Below are positions 1 through 14,013 of a stretch of DNA of 64,000 nucleotides, piece after piece; position 1 is the stretch's first letter, and each line of letters begins with the position of its first letter. Source of the stretch: Dendrobates tinctorius (Eukaryota); NCBI RefSeq assembly GCF_039654945.1, contig NW_027362062.1, forward strand, positions 2,852,001-2,916,000, in the 5' to 3' direction. The translations under genes were made by a program, and so were the position numbers. The notes beneath the pieces are model-generated. The model worked only from the letters and a program-made list of their open reading frames with translations. It was not told where the DNA came from and ran no database searches.

Positions 1-400
1 TGAAGAAGAGCACTTTAAAAGGCACAAGACAAAAGGCTCGGTAGTATGGAAGAGCTGAGTAGATCAGGAGTCTCCCTGATGTGATGTAACCGAGTTAAAT
101 CGGTCAGTAGACTCACTCTAGCGATACATCAGAACTCAGTGATGTAGCAGAGCTGGGGATGTCAGGAGGCACACTTTAACAATGCAGCAGAGCCCAGTAA
201 TGTAGCAGAGCTGTATATTCCAGGAGGCACGCTAAAAATGTAGGAGAGATGGGAATCCTAGGAGGCACACTATGGCATTGTAGGAGAGAGCAGCGATGTA
301 GGAGACCTGGGTATCCTAGGAAATACACTATGACAAAGTAGAAGAGTAGAGTGATGTAGCAGAGCTGGGTATGTCAGCAAGCACACAGTGAGTAAGAGAA
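1..400 (+). repeat. Degenerate ~58-60 bp minisatellite (gatgtagcagagctgggtatg...ggcacac)
   Basis: Motif recurs near 141, 200, 295 and 353. Confidence 0.5.
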
Positions 401-2090
401 GCAGTGGACATGCTAAGTAGTTGCAAGGATACCAACTACCTGAATACTCAGGCAGCTCTTTACTACCTGAGCTGGTTTATAAATCCAGAGGGTAAATCTG
501 TAGAGGTGCAGAACAGAGAGCCAGCAGGTGGAAAAAGCAGTGTTCATCCAGGAGGATTGAATAAAACTAACAAGTATTCACGTTATGGTATGTATTAAGA
601 CGTTTAAAAAGGGTCAAATATTGACATACAGATTAGCATTTTATAAGTGGCAATAGAGAAACCTTCTAGAAGAGACCTACGTCTCCTCAAGGAATGAATA
701 GGTTTGAAGCGTCGAGGTCAGATAAAACCTACACTGCTGCCTTTTAGAAAGAATGATCACTGTTTGCTTAGCAAGCAAAGTAGGACCGATAGCCAGTCAC
801 AGATGACTTGGTCAGGTAAATTACTGGGATTAGGGCCACACCAACTTACATACTGATGGTAAAAGCTATTAGGCAGCCTACAACTTTCCCATGCTTAAAG
901 AAAATGCTAAAGTATTTTGAAATAAGAAAGAAAAAAAATTAGAGTATTGTCAAAGTAACTAATATATATGCATACTGTATATTGTAGGGGTTCACTCTCT
1001 CTGGTATGCATTAGGCCTTAGCCAGCTTTCACACAGGCAATGCAGCTTTGATCCAAACACATGCAGTTTTTATTGCTTTCTATAGGTTGCACAGCAGCAA
1101 AACAAACTAAAAAACAAACCGTAGCTTTGTTCTGGCGCTAACAGAACAGACCCTTACTACTCATACGCGGCTCAGTCATCCCCAGCTCGGTCAAACAAAA
1201 CAGCTAATGTCCATAGCACCCACTGATCCTTGTGGTTCTCTGCAGCCCTCACAAAAAGACTGCTCAGCTTTCCTAGCTGATCCATGCAGTCTCCATTCAG
1301 AGAGAGACCCCGACACATCTCTCTATCAGCTACAGTTCACATTTTGGCTGATCACTCACCAGCAGCACACTCGACCCTATTTCATCCAGCAGACTGATAC
1401 TCCCTCAGGAGACTGCCACTCCATGAATACTTCCTACTTCTTAGAGAAACCCTTAGAGCTGAGATTTAATCCCGTCCTTCCCAGCTATGGTACATATCCC
1501 CCCCCCTCTCTGCCCAGAGCCGAGGGCTGGGCACCATCTGCCAACCCAGAACATTGCCAATATGGGGGTCACTATATCAAAATTGATATTTGTCTCACAC
1601 CTCCTGGGGAACACCATTCACACATTTCACACAGGGCTCTGCCAGCTTACAGGACTTGGATACCTACAGACTGCGTGCACACAGGCTCTGCCGCCTGCAC
1701 ATCATGTGACCTTGCCAGCACACATCATGTATACGTCACCACACATCATATGACCTTGTCACCACAGCCGACTCCTGGTGGCATACCGTACTACCGGGCG
1801 CTACCACTTCAGCCCACAAGTCTGATAGCATACAAGTCATTGACCTCTACCTCTTCGTGGGACACGGAACCACAGTCTCTGCTAGGAAACAGAATACTTA
1901 CTATACTTATTAACACTGATTACACCTGATTGTTGGGAGACTCCTACCTCCCCCCCCAGGGGGACACTTTATGATCAACTTATTGTCAAGGAGTTCTTCT
2001 AACAAGTAATAAATGTTGAGGTGGAAGACCCTTTAAGTCTTTCTTGCTAACCCTAATAAAGTGAATAGTTTTAAATAATAAATAAAATGA

Positions 2091-2333
<243 letters not shown>

Positions 2334-2728
2334 TAAGCCGTCTCCGTCCTATGCAAAGTCGAACAGAAGCTTATGTCTTTGCAAGTTGATATTGGGAACA
2401 CATAGTAGATAATAAATGTTGCATGTGTGCAAACACGTTCACCTTAAAAGCTTGTCCGCTTTGGACAACCCATTTTTTTTTTTGTTAGATGGACCTCGCA
2501 ACAATAAGCTACCGTAATTGCAAAATACTGGAAATATCTGTGAGCGATAAACTGTAATCTATGGGGAAATCTGGCTGCAAGTGTTCAGTTTCCCTGCAGC
2601 GCCTCCACAGGTGAAACCAAGTACTACTCAGTTAGCAGTAGAATACCTGTGGATGCAAGATTATCAGCGCCGCTCACCTCCCGATGCAAAGGTGAGTGGC
2701 GCTGGATGACTCTGTAGACCTTTCTTGA

Positions 2729-3058
<330 letters not shown>

Positions 3059-3711
3059 TAGGTCAACTTTATATTCTCTGTGTAGCGAGTTAAGTAAATA
3101 TTATGACCTTGACTCATTATACCATTTGCGCCTTTTTATGCCTAAATTTTTGGTGTGAGATTTTTTTACCTGTTTTTCATTTGCACCTTTTTTCAAAGTC
3201 TGTATTTTTTTTTTCTTTTATGTTCGTTATTGGAGGTTCGGAATTTCCAGATTGTTTTTAGCAGATTCAATAAACAGCAACTTTTTAAAAGATCACTAAA
3301 ATTTTGCTCAAATGTACACCAGTCCTCCCCCTGGAAAATGATTTTATATATGTCTGATAATTTTTATGAGATCCAGTTGGATGAACATGTGAACATTTTT
3401 ATGCAAAGAGTAACATTTTTGGGGGCTAAAAAGTCTCAAAAAAAGTTAAAGAGAAAATAAACAGCACTTTAGAGTTTGAGCAAAATTCTTGAAGCGCGCA
3501 AGCCGTTTCGATGAATCTGGCACAAAAACTGTCAACAAATACAAGAGTAAAAAAAAAACCAAAGAATGACTTTAAAAAGAACACAAATGATGAGTCGGTC
3601 CCTATGTTTTTGTGTATTTGTGGTTTTGTCTCAATTGTAATTGATATTTGTCTACATTAACCTGTATCTTTTTTGTTAATTAACATCATTTTTACATTTG
3701 CTTCGGTTTAG

Positions 3712-3864
3712 ATTTTTTTATGGATGTATGTGAGAGACTTGGAACGGGCCAAGTTAGGGTTCGGAGGATTGCCGGACAGAACTTATCTTACCAATGCCAA
3801 ATCTGACCTGGACAGCATTATAGATGTGTACCCCTGTCTGAAAACATATCTGGAAATGGGGCAG
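3712..3864 (+). CDS. TTC22: TTC22 internal coding exon
   Basis: tttag acceptor, CAG|gtgagt donor; IFLWMYVRDLERAKLGFGGLPDRTYLTNAKSDLDSIIDVYPCLKTYLEMGQ (not in the ORF track). Confidence 0.9.
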
Positions 3865-4684
3865 GTGAGTACCGCTAAACTGGGATTGACGCATTAAATC
3901 AATGTTGCTGGAAAAAGTTATATTGGAGGTTGAGGGGTCGCTGCTCACTGTGATGGAGTGTTTTCCTGAAGAGATATGCGGGCAACACTTTTGGGGAACA
4001 GCCCCGTCATGGAGCAGCGCTCAATGGCTCTATGCCGGAGGTCTTCATCCTATAGATGCCCAACACGCTAAATTTTCCAAAAACCATCAACAAGCTGCCC
4101 TCATATAAGTAATTTATAACCTTTTTACTATAGAACTCTTGAAAATTATCTCCACTTTCTGGGGTACCTTAGCTCCATTCTTCCCGTAGGGTTTATTCAC
4201 ATGCAAGTTCTTTTTTTCACATAAGAGAAAAACTAACCAAGTTTCATCAGTGATTTCGGTCAAAGTTAGGAACAAGTTTCATCAGTATTTCTCATACATG
4301 AAAAAATTTCTAACAGTCCGTGAAAATAGGACCTCACTCGGACGGCATCTGAATGTTGTCCGTTTTTTTTTTTTTTTCACGAACCAATAGAACTTGTATT
4401 GAACTCGTACGCAAGGAACGGACAGCTGAGTGAGCCCTTAAAGAAACGCCGAGCAGTGTAATCCTTACTGTAGTGTGGCTCTGACTCCTGACTGTTCCGT
4501 GTGTCCCATCACATAAATTTCCATCTCGTCTGTAAACCTGAGCCCTTTTGTTGGTGCCTCTCTGGATTTCCAGAGAACATGGGAAAAAAGAAAATTGCCT
4601 GTGATGATTTTGGACTAATGGATCTACTGTAAATGGATTTTAAGGGCCATTTCATGAGGTCAACACATGTCCATAAAACTATTA

Positions 4685-5667
<983 letters not shown>

Positions 5668-6937
5668 TAGATCATATAGAGGTTATCCTCCACCCCACAG
5701 CCTTCAACTTTAACGTGAAAAAAAAAAATGATTTTACATATTTTAATGGTCACCTGTAGTTAAAATAACAATTTCCGTCTGCATCCTTCATACATTCTCA
5801 GAACCACTGATACGCAGTTTACAGGCCGGTACTAGTTTTAGATTTCTCTCCTGTGGCTGTGTGCCCCTCACTAATACTTGGGGGATACGAGATGTGTGTC
5901 CTGTATACAATCGTTTTATTCAGCTGTCATTTATCAGTACAGCTACATTCCTCTAAACAATTTCCCTTTATGTGCTTTCCTCCCTATCCACAGCCTGTTT
6001 TCGCTGCCCTCAGAATACAGATGCTTTGCCTCCTGCCCACAGTTGGCGCTAAGTACAGCCTACTCCCTGCTGCTATCTCTAAGACCACATCCATGTCTAA
6101 TTTTATATCTTTGTAAAATAGACCGTTTTTCATGTGTCATCGGTTTTGCCTCCGTGTTACATCCGTTTTTACATTGTTTTTTTTCTCTTTCACGGCACAG
6201 GTAGACTGTCTGAATATTTTTTTTATCCATTAACTCGTAACAACGGATCAGTTAAAAACAGATAAAACATGGATGGAACATTAAGTAAAAAGGCGATCTT
6301 CTGTTTTTGTATCGGATTCCCATAGATTTTAATGGTTAGTCGGAACTGCAAAACGGGTTAGCATAGGACATGCTCCGAGTCTCATGGGTCTGACGCAAGG
6401 ATACGCTTTTAAAACTGATAGGTGTATTGATTAATAACATTTTATGGGTCCATGTGGTGTCAGACAAAAACAAAAGGGAAGCGTCACATGGATGAGTGAA
6501 TGTAGCCTAACACTAAGAAGAGAGAGCGCAGAAGGAGCTGTCAGAGCCGGGAGCGGAGATCTCTTGGATTTGTCATGGTTTTGCAGACATGCTAGCTAGG
6601 TGAAGGACATTATTTTAATATAGACAACTATGTGTAAAAAGTTGTTTAATTTTCCATTTAGGAAGCAAATGAACAATAATAAAAAATAATGCAAAGGTGT
6701 ACATAGCTTAAGCGCCTTTCATTTATGCTGTCTTCCTGCCTAAACAAAAAGCATGCAAATACTGAGCCACAGCGTCCATAGAATCAGTTCCAAGTCATTT
6801 CCATATTTTTCCTTACAAGTAAAACGAGGAAAAGTTCTGTAACACTTTTACATGCAGTGTTTATGATGCCGCGCCCCTAATGGCCCCTATGACTGTCCCC
6901 TTATGCTTCTTACAGCTGCCGTCTATCTCTATTTCAG

Positions 6938-7474
6938 GTGTGTTATTACATGGGTGTGGATGCGGTGCAGGAGCTCATGTTAACGGATGAAGATTCCATA
7001 AATCAAGCTTTAGTTTGCATTGCCAAAGCCATGGAGTACGACCTGGGCGATACCCTCCCCGAACTGCAGTTACTGAAGGGTAAATGTTTGCTAGTTAAAG
7101 GTGAGGAACAGAATGCAATCGAGTGTTTCAAGAAAGCCATAACCATGGACAGCAAAGGCTCTCCAGCCACAGAGACCTTCAGACATTTAATGGAAGCGCT
7201 ACTCAGCCTCTATGGTCAAAGTAAAATCGATGCCGAGACGCTGATCAAGGAGGTTGAGTCCTGGGTAAAAGAAGCTCAAGAGAAGTATGGAGAAGAAAGT
7301 GTAAGTCAAGAGCTGCAGGCGGTGTGCAGAAATAACACCACGGAGGTCGTCAGCCTTTCAAAGGTGATGATCGCCACTGGTAAAATGGACTTGGTCAGGC
7401 TTTTGTTCCAGTCTATGATGGTGAATGGCAAGAAACCCAGACTAAAACTGAGCAGCCGCTCGTCTACCATCTAA
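6938..7474 (+). CDS. TTC22: TTC22 last coding exon
   Basis: tttcag acceptor; VCYYMGVDAVQELMLTDEDSINQAL...LPELQLLKGKCL...LVRLLFQSM; TAA stop; candidate AATAAA at 8010 and 8751. Confidence 0.93.
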   Translation: MCYYMGVDAVQELMLTDEDSINQALVCIAKAMEYDLGDTLPELQLLKGKCLLVKGEEQNAIECFKKAITMDSKGSPATETFRHLMEALLSLYGQSKIDAETLIKEVESWVKEAQEKYGEESVSQELQAVCRNNTTEVVSLSKVMIATGKMDLVRLLFQSMMVNGKKPRLKLSSRSSTI

Positions 7475-10400
7475 TCTGTGGCTTCATAAGACTGACTTTT
7501 CCAACTACACCTATAAGGGGCTTGTAGGTTCTTCTCATGTGACTAGACGCGTCTCAAGCCTCGAAAGCGAGCTTGGGTTAACGCCTAATTCACACAAGTG
7601 TATTTACAGCTGGAAGTTCTGGCCCAACCTCGGGCCTACCGAACCAAGCCTGTATGTGCCAAAGATGCTGATAGTCCGGACCACAAAACCCACGGACAGG
7701 TTTAGACTTACCGATGTAAAATGGAGAAAATATAGCCACTATATGGTCATGTAGATAAGCCCCTAACTCTGCTGCGGTCACTGGTATGAATATTGGAAAA
7801 GAATCGAAGGTGAAATCCAATATGGCAGCGCTTCCTGTTGTCACTTTAGCCAAAATGACCGTCACAATGAAATAGAAAAATAGCAATATCTGTGTAAGTA
7901 AAAGACACTGAATAATCAAACATAATCAATCGTCCATGGCAATTTTTAGGTTTGGGGTAGAAATGTGCCCAAAGGCAAGTTTATGCGGGTCAGCTATCAC
8001 TAGTATTGGAATAAAAAGACCAAGAATTGTCCAACGATGCACAAAAGGACTAATAAGAAAATTATGATTAGCTGTACTTGCATAAAACCTGTCTGTTCGG
8101 TGATGGAATCAATAATCGTAAACATTTTCAGATACTACTCATGGTGGCACAATGAGACCCTACTACTCTGTACGGAGCCTTAGGACTCAATAAGCAGGAG
8201 GTCTAAACCTAAAGGTGGCAGCACCTCTAGTGCCGAATGCAGTTATTCCTCCTGACCTCCCTATGCACAAACATGCTCAGTTGTGAGGAGTGTCCATGTG
8301 TCATTTATGGAGAAAGGGGAGTAAGGCTGCTGTCAGACACCTTTAGTGGCAACTCTTACAAAAAATAAAAAGGATCAGGCATGCTGAAATTTAATATGCC
8401 TGATCCTTTTTTTTCCTGGCAGAATATCTAATGCACTATAGATAGATGGACATTCCTTACTATATTGGTGTGCTCGGCCAACGTTAACCTGCTTGGCCTA
8501 ATTAACACAGAGGTGACATAATGAAAGGCCACAACCAGTGATTCATTGTAGCCTAATCCCTGGCTGTGACCTATGACGTCCTCTATGTTTTGTCAATTAT
8601 TCTGGTTTTGTTAATGAGGCCACAAGTGTGTTAATATTGTCCGACCAATTCTTCTTGTATAATGTATAATTGCCGATTTTCTTTGGTCATTATTATGTTG
8701 TTTTAAGCATTTTTGTGTAAATAAGCAGAAAGTAATGTGATTTCATAAAAAATAAAAATTAATAAGCCAGTGTTTGTCCACATCATTTCCATGTATCTTA
8801 ACTGCATTACTCAGGCACCGATTCTTCACACTGTGCCCGGACTGGGACTGAAATTCAGCCCTGGAATTTAGGGGCAAATAGGCCCACTTATTGGACAGGG
8901 GATGCCAAATCTGTTAATGCCGTTATGGTGGAAGCTAAAATCTGAAAAGCAGAAAACAAGCAAAATTCACAATTCCAAGAGTCACTTGGAAACCATGATG
9001 GTAAAACCAAACTATGGCAAAACAGTTGTCAGTTCACCATTTTTGGACTCCTCCTTTGCTCTGAAGCCTCGAAATTGGGACTACCTCCCTGGTTTGGCCA
9101 ATAAACTTGGTAGCTACTACAAGAGCCGACCTTTTTATTAAAGGTGCAGTCCAATTTGGACACACTGCACAGCCAAACATTCAATCAAATGTGTGAAAAA
9201 ATAAGGATAGAAGATGAAAGTAGCTAGTTCTTAGATTTTCGAGACTTTCTGAGCAACCAAATATCACCTGTACTGGCTAAACGTCCAGCCGACAACTGTA
9301 GTCGCATTCTCCCCCTCCACACGTAGTTTAGTTCACACATATGGAACTTGCAATGGCTCATTATGCTTCAGACGCAAATAATTACTTTTGTCCTGCATCA
9401 TCTACGATTGTCCTTCTCTGGCATGAAGAATCGCGGCACATATATCGTTGGTTTCAAAGCTGTGATTAAAATCTGGAATAAAAAGAAGCACGGACATACT
9501 GAAATTAAAATACCCGAACGTATGTTTACTGTGCAATAAAAAGGATACACTCAACTTTTTTTTTTTTGTAGGAAAATTAAGAACATACAAGAAGTAGTAA
9601 GATTATGCAAACAGTAAAGGGAAGCCATGATTAGATGACACGGTTTAAATTAGATTTTTGTGTATTTTTTAAACTTTTTAACAATATGTTTTTTTTCACA
9701 TCACAATTTGTATTAAACAAAATGAGCAGTCATTCAATTCTCAAACCGGACATTGGGGTTGTTTTACACTCCAAAATTCCCTGTTCTTTCATAAGTCTCA
9801 TTATCATCAGAGGTAGGAAAGCAAGACACACCTCTATACACAGGATCCAACAACCACAACAGGCAAGGTCTCGGCTGACCCTGCTTCCCCCATCCTCCTT
9901 CACAATGACCTTTGCACAAGCCCATTAGATGCATCAATATAAAACATAGGGTCAGAGTCTGTTTGTTGCTGCTAATGTACATGTGGATTTTCTGAAAGAA
10001 TAGGAAGTGTGGGTCTAGAATAGCTGCAGTGACCAGTATGAAAATTTGCAAAATTTCTAATTTATTTCTTTTTCATAAAAAAAAAAAAAAAAAAAAAAAA
10101 AAAGACTCTGATGATACATTCCCTTTAAGTACAACGAGACTGCGCACGCACTATAATTGTCCAGGCAGTCTACAATTTACTCTGCAAGTGTCTAAAATGT
10201 CAATGCCTAGTAATCAGTTTGCATGAGATCGTGTAGTTGTGCAGGTAGGAAGCCGGCAGACAGTCCAAATCTCCAAAGAATAAACATGGTTTATTAACAT
10301 GCTTACATTCTCGATCTCTGCATACACAGCACTGAACTTGTGCTGTGTATATAGAAAAGGAAATACTTACCCTGTTTCCTCCGCCCGACCCAATGATCAT

Positions 10401-11415
10401 GTGATTGCTGGGTGTTAGGAGTGAGCAGGAGCTGCCGAGTAGATGAATTTCCTCTGTAACTGGGCCTATAAACTAGCTCTAGTAACAGGATAAATGATCA
10501 ACAAAAAAAAGTCTTAATATGTTAAAATGTCTCCTCCTAATGGTTTTTTAAGACCTCATGGGTAGGGGGGCAAAGTAGAGTATGTAAAATATATATATCC
10601 ACGCATTTTCTACTTTTCTTACATTTTCCCCCAATATAATAAAAAGAGGAATATAAAAATGGCGAAAAAGTTAAGACCCATGCATCGTGAAAAAAAAAAA
10701 AAAGTACCCAAGAAAGAACTGGTCCTATGAAAACACTGTTCCAAACAAATAGAAAACACAAGAAGAAATGGAAGCCAAGACCACTCAACGTAAAAATAAA
10801 TTTTATTGAAAAAATAATCACATAAAAAAAAAAATCTTAAGAGGGATATGAAGGAGAAAATGTCAAAGAGCAAAAAAAAAAAAAAAAAAAAAAAAATCAC
10901 TGCAGGAAGCATAAAGGCAAAAGGTATGCCAAAATTATATGTGGTCAAAAAATATATACACAGCCAAGAATGGACACCAGTGTACGGGTGGTCAAAATGT
11001 TGTAGTGAAATACACTGGGACACAAAGGTCAAGGTAAAAGTAACAATATATGCACCAAAGAGAGATCCAGAAATATAATAAAAAACTAGAATTAGATTTA
11101 CCGATAATTCGGTTTCTAGGAACCTTCCACGACAGCCACCTTGGAGGTTGTCTCCCCGCCCTAATGGGGGACAGGAAAGACAAAGAGGTTAAATAACCCT
11201 CCCCTTTCTGCTACCTCAGTGTTTTTTTCTGAATGTACTAGCATGAATAGTTACCGCCAGTAGATCAGGAATCATCAGGTAAACATATTATATAGGGAGG
11301 GAAATTAGTGCTGTCGTGGAAGGTTCCTAGAAACCGAATTACCGGTAAGTCTAATTCTATTTTCTCTAGTCACCTTCCACGACAGTCACCTTGGAGTTAT
11401 ACGAATGTTAATTTA

Positions 11416-12462
11416 TTAGGGAGGGACTACGGCTTGCAGGACGCGTCTGCCGAATGTCAGATCCCTATTGAAATTCAGTCTATAGTGTCTGGTAAAGGTG
11501 TGTACAGAGGACCAGGTGGCAGCTCTGCATATCTGCTCCGAAGACGCGTTTTCTCTTGCTGCCCAGGATGTAACGATTGATCGAGTAGAGTGGGCTTTTA
11601 GCGACTCGGGAGGAGAGAGATGTCTTGAAGAATATGCCAGGGAGATGGACTGCTTGATCCAACCCGCTATCGTGTTTTTTGCCACTTTCTTCCCTTTATT
11701 CCGTCCTGAATATTGAAGGAACAGATTCTGATCGATTCTCCAATCCCTGGTTGATTCGAGGTAGTGGAGAGCCACTATGCGGACATCCAAGGAATGAAAT
11801 TTCTCTTCCTTCGTGTTAGAAGGATTTGGGCAAAATGAGGGCAACACGATATCCTGACTTCTATGAATGTCTGACACCACTTTGGGCATAAAGGAGGGGT
11901 CTAGGTGCAGTACTATACTGTCCGAGTTGAGTAGGAGGTATGGTTCCTGTACTGATAGGACCTGTAGCTCCCCCACCCGTCTGGCCGATGTGATTGCTAC
12001 AAGAAACACTGTTTTGAGTGTGAGAATTTTTAATGGAGTTTCTGACAGGGGCTCAAACGGGGCCTGTGTTAGGCTATTGAGTACCAAATTAAGATCCCAG
12101 GGGGGAACCCGACTAGGGAGCGAAGGGCGAATTCTGCCTGCCGCGGTCATAAATCGTTTGACCCAGCGGTGTTTGGCTAGGTCTTGGTCGAAAAAGGAGC
12201 TAAGGGCAGATACCTGTACTCTTAATGTGCTTGGAGTGAGTCCTAGATCTAACCCTTTTTGTAGGAAATCTAGTACCTGGGCAACATTTGGATGGGCGGG
12301 GTCAGGGGCCCCGGGAAAGCACCAGGAGGAAAAATTTTTCCATATTTTGCCGTAAATGGCGTTTGTTATCGGCTTCCTACTTTTTTGATGGGTTCGGATT
12401 ACTTCAGCCGATAGCCCTTTGGCTTTTAGAATGTTGGCCTCAATAACCAAGCTGCTAGACAT
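11416..12462 (-). CDS. DIRS tyrosine recombinase (integrase)
   Basis: 348 aa ORF with SARRVGEL, AHSTRS, ATWSS and FTRHY catalytic R-HxxR-W-Y motifs. Confidence 0.9.
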   Translation of the reverse strand: MSSSLVIEANILKAKGLSAEVIRTHQKSRKPITNAIYGKIWKNFSSWCFPGAPDPAHPNVAQVLDFLQKGLDLGLTPSTLRVQVSALSSFFDQDLAKHRWVKRFMTAAGRIRPSLPSRVPPWDLNLVLNSLTQAPFEPLSETPLKILTLKTVFLVAITSARRVGELQVLSVQEPYLLLNSDSIVLHLDPSFMPKVVSDIHRSQDIVLPSFCPNPSNTKEEKFHSLDVRIVALHYLESTRDWRIDQNLFLQYSGRNKGKKVAKNTIAGWIKQSISLAYSSRHLSPPESLKAHSTRSIVTSWAARENASSEQICRAATWSSVHTFTRHYRLNFNRDLTFGRRVLQAVVPP

Positions 12463-12535
12463 AACTTGGTGGGGTTTGGGTGCAGTAAGGGACCCTGAAA
12501 AAGGAGGTCGGTCCTTTGGGATAGGAGCAAGGGAC

Positions 12536-14013
12536 TGTCACGGCACCGCCAGACTCAGGGCCTGCTGTCCCGGCCTCGGCCAGTAGGAGGCGCCGGACTA
12601 TCACATCGCCGTCAGACTCAGGGCCTGCTGTTCCGGCCTCGACCACTAGGAGGCGCCGGACTGTCCTATCACCGTCTGACCCGTGGCCTGCAGTCTCGGC
12701 CTTGGTCTCTGGGAGGCGTTGTGCTTCAACCCCGAGTGGTGGCGGCGATAGTCATGAGGCTCCTGCGCAGGCGTCCGCTGGACGCAGGCTTCGCTCCTCG
12801 GTCAGTCATGAAGGGGCTGGTGCATTACCATCCAGCCTGGTCCTGGGGGCGGTCCGGATGACATCATCAGGCCACGGGCCTGTAAGGGATGACCTGATCC
12901 CTCAAATACCTTGGGACTGCTCTTGCAGGCCGCCGGATATATTCTTGGTTCCCCTGCGTGTTACTGTGTGATTTACTGTTGACTGACTCTGACTTTTGCC
13001 TGGACTTCTGACCCTTCTTCTGCCTAACGATTCTGTACCTCTGCGACTCTCCTGGTTTATGACACTGACTTCGGCCTGGATTCTGACTCTGCTTCTGCCT
13101 AACGATTCTGTACCTCTGCGACTCTCCTGGTTTATGACACTGACTTCGGCCTGGATTCTGACTCTGCTTCTGCCTAACGATTCTGTACCTCTGCGACTCT
13201 CCTGGTTTATGACACTGACTTCGGCCTGGATTCTGACTCTGCTTCTGCCTAACGATTCTGTACCTCTGCGACTCTCCTGGTTTATGACACTGACTTCGGC
13301 CTGGATTCTGACTCAGCTTCTGTCTAACGATTCGGTACCTCTGCGACTCTCCTGGTTTATGACTCTGGCTTCGACCTGGATTCTGACTCTGCTTCTGCCT
13401 GCTTCTGCCTAACGATTCTGTACCTCTGCGACTCTCCTGGTTTATGACACTGACTTCGGCCTGGATTCTGACTCTGCTTCTGCCTAACGATTCTGTACCT
13501 CTGCGACTCTCCTGGTTTATGACACTGACTTCGGCCTGGATTCTGACTCTGCTTCTGCCTAACGATTCTGTACCTCTGCGACTCTCCTGGTTTATGACAC
13601 TGACTTCGGCCTGGATTCTGACTCTGCTTCTGCCTAACGATTCTGTACCTTTGCGACTCTCCTGGTTTATGACACTGACTTCGGCCTGGATTCTGACTCA
13701 GCTTCTGTCTAACGATTCGGTACCTCTGCGACTCTCCTGGTTTATGACTCTGGCTTCGACCTGGTATCTGTCTTTGCTTCTGTCTACTGTGCTAATACCA
13801 TTTCTGCCTGACTGGTTTAGTCTCGGATATCATTGCCTCTGTGTCCTGTGTTGGAACACCTTTCTGGCGACCGTCCTGCTCTGGTCTTTGCTCCTATTCA
13901 GACAGCACCTCCTGGGCTCTGCTATAAATCCAGATCCCTGTATAGGGGTAAAGGGTCTCAGTGTTTCTCGGGGTGTTGTCCGGCTGCAGTCCAGACCGCA
14001 GGCAGACGTCACA
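12536..14013 (+). repeat. Gypsy A 5' LTR (1478 bp; ten 75-bp tandem units at ~13005-13765)
   Basis: Near-identical to 17550-18492 apart from the repeat copy number. Confidence 0.95.

Noticed and set aside
1207-1929. 240-aa ORF
   Set aside because: No recognisable domain. It lies in LTR-like intronic sequence starting near 983, whose ends and TSD could not be defined.
9770-9815. Minus-strand CTGATGA...TGAAAG, suggesting a hammerhead or C/D snoRNA
   Set aside because: No convincing stems I and III, and no D box with a terminal stem.
10362-10373. ATACTTACCCTG resembling the U1 snRNA 5' end
   Set aside because: No U1 body follows; this motif is common in frog MITEs.
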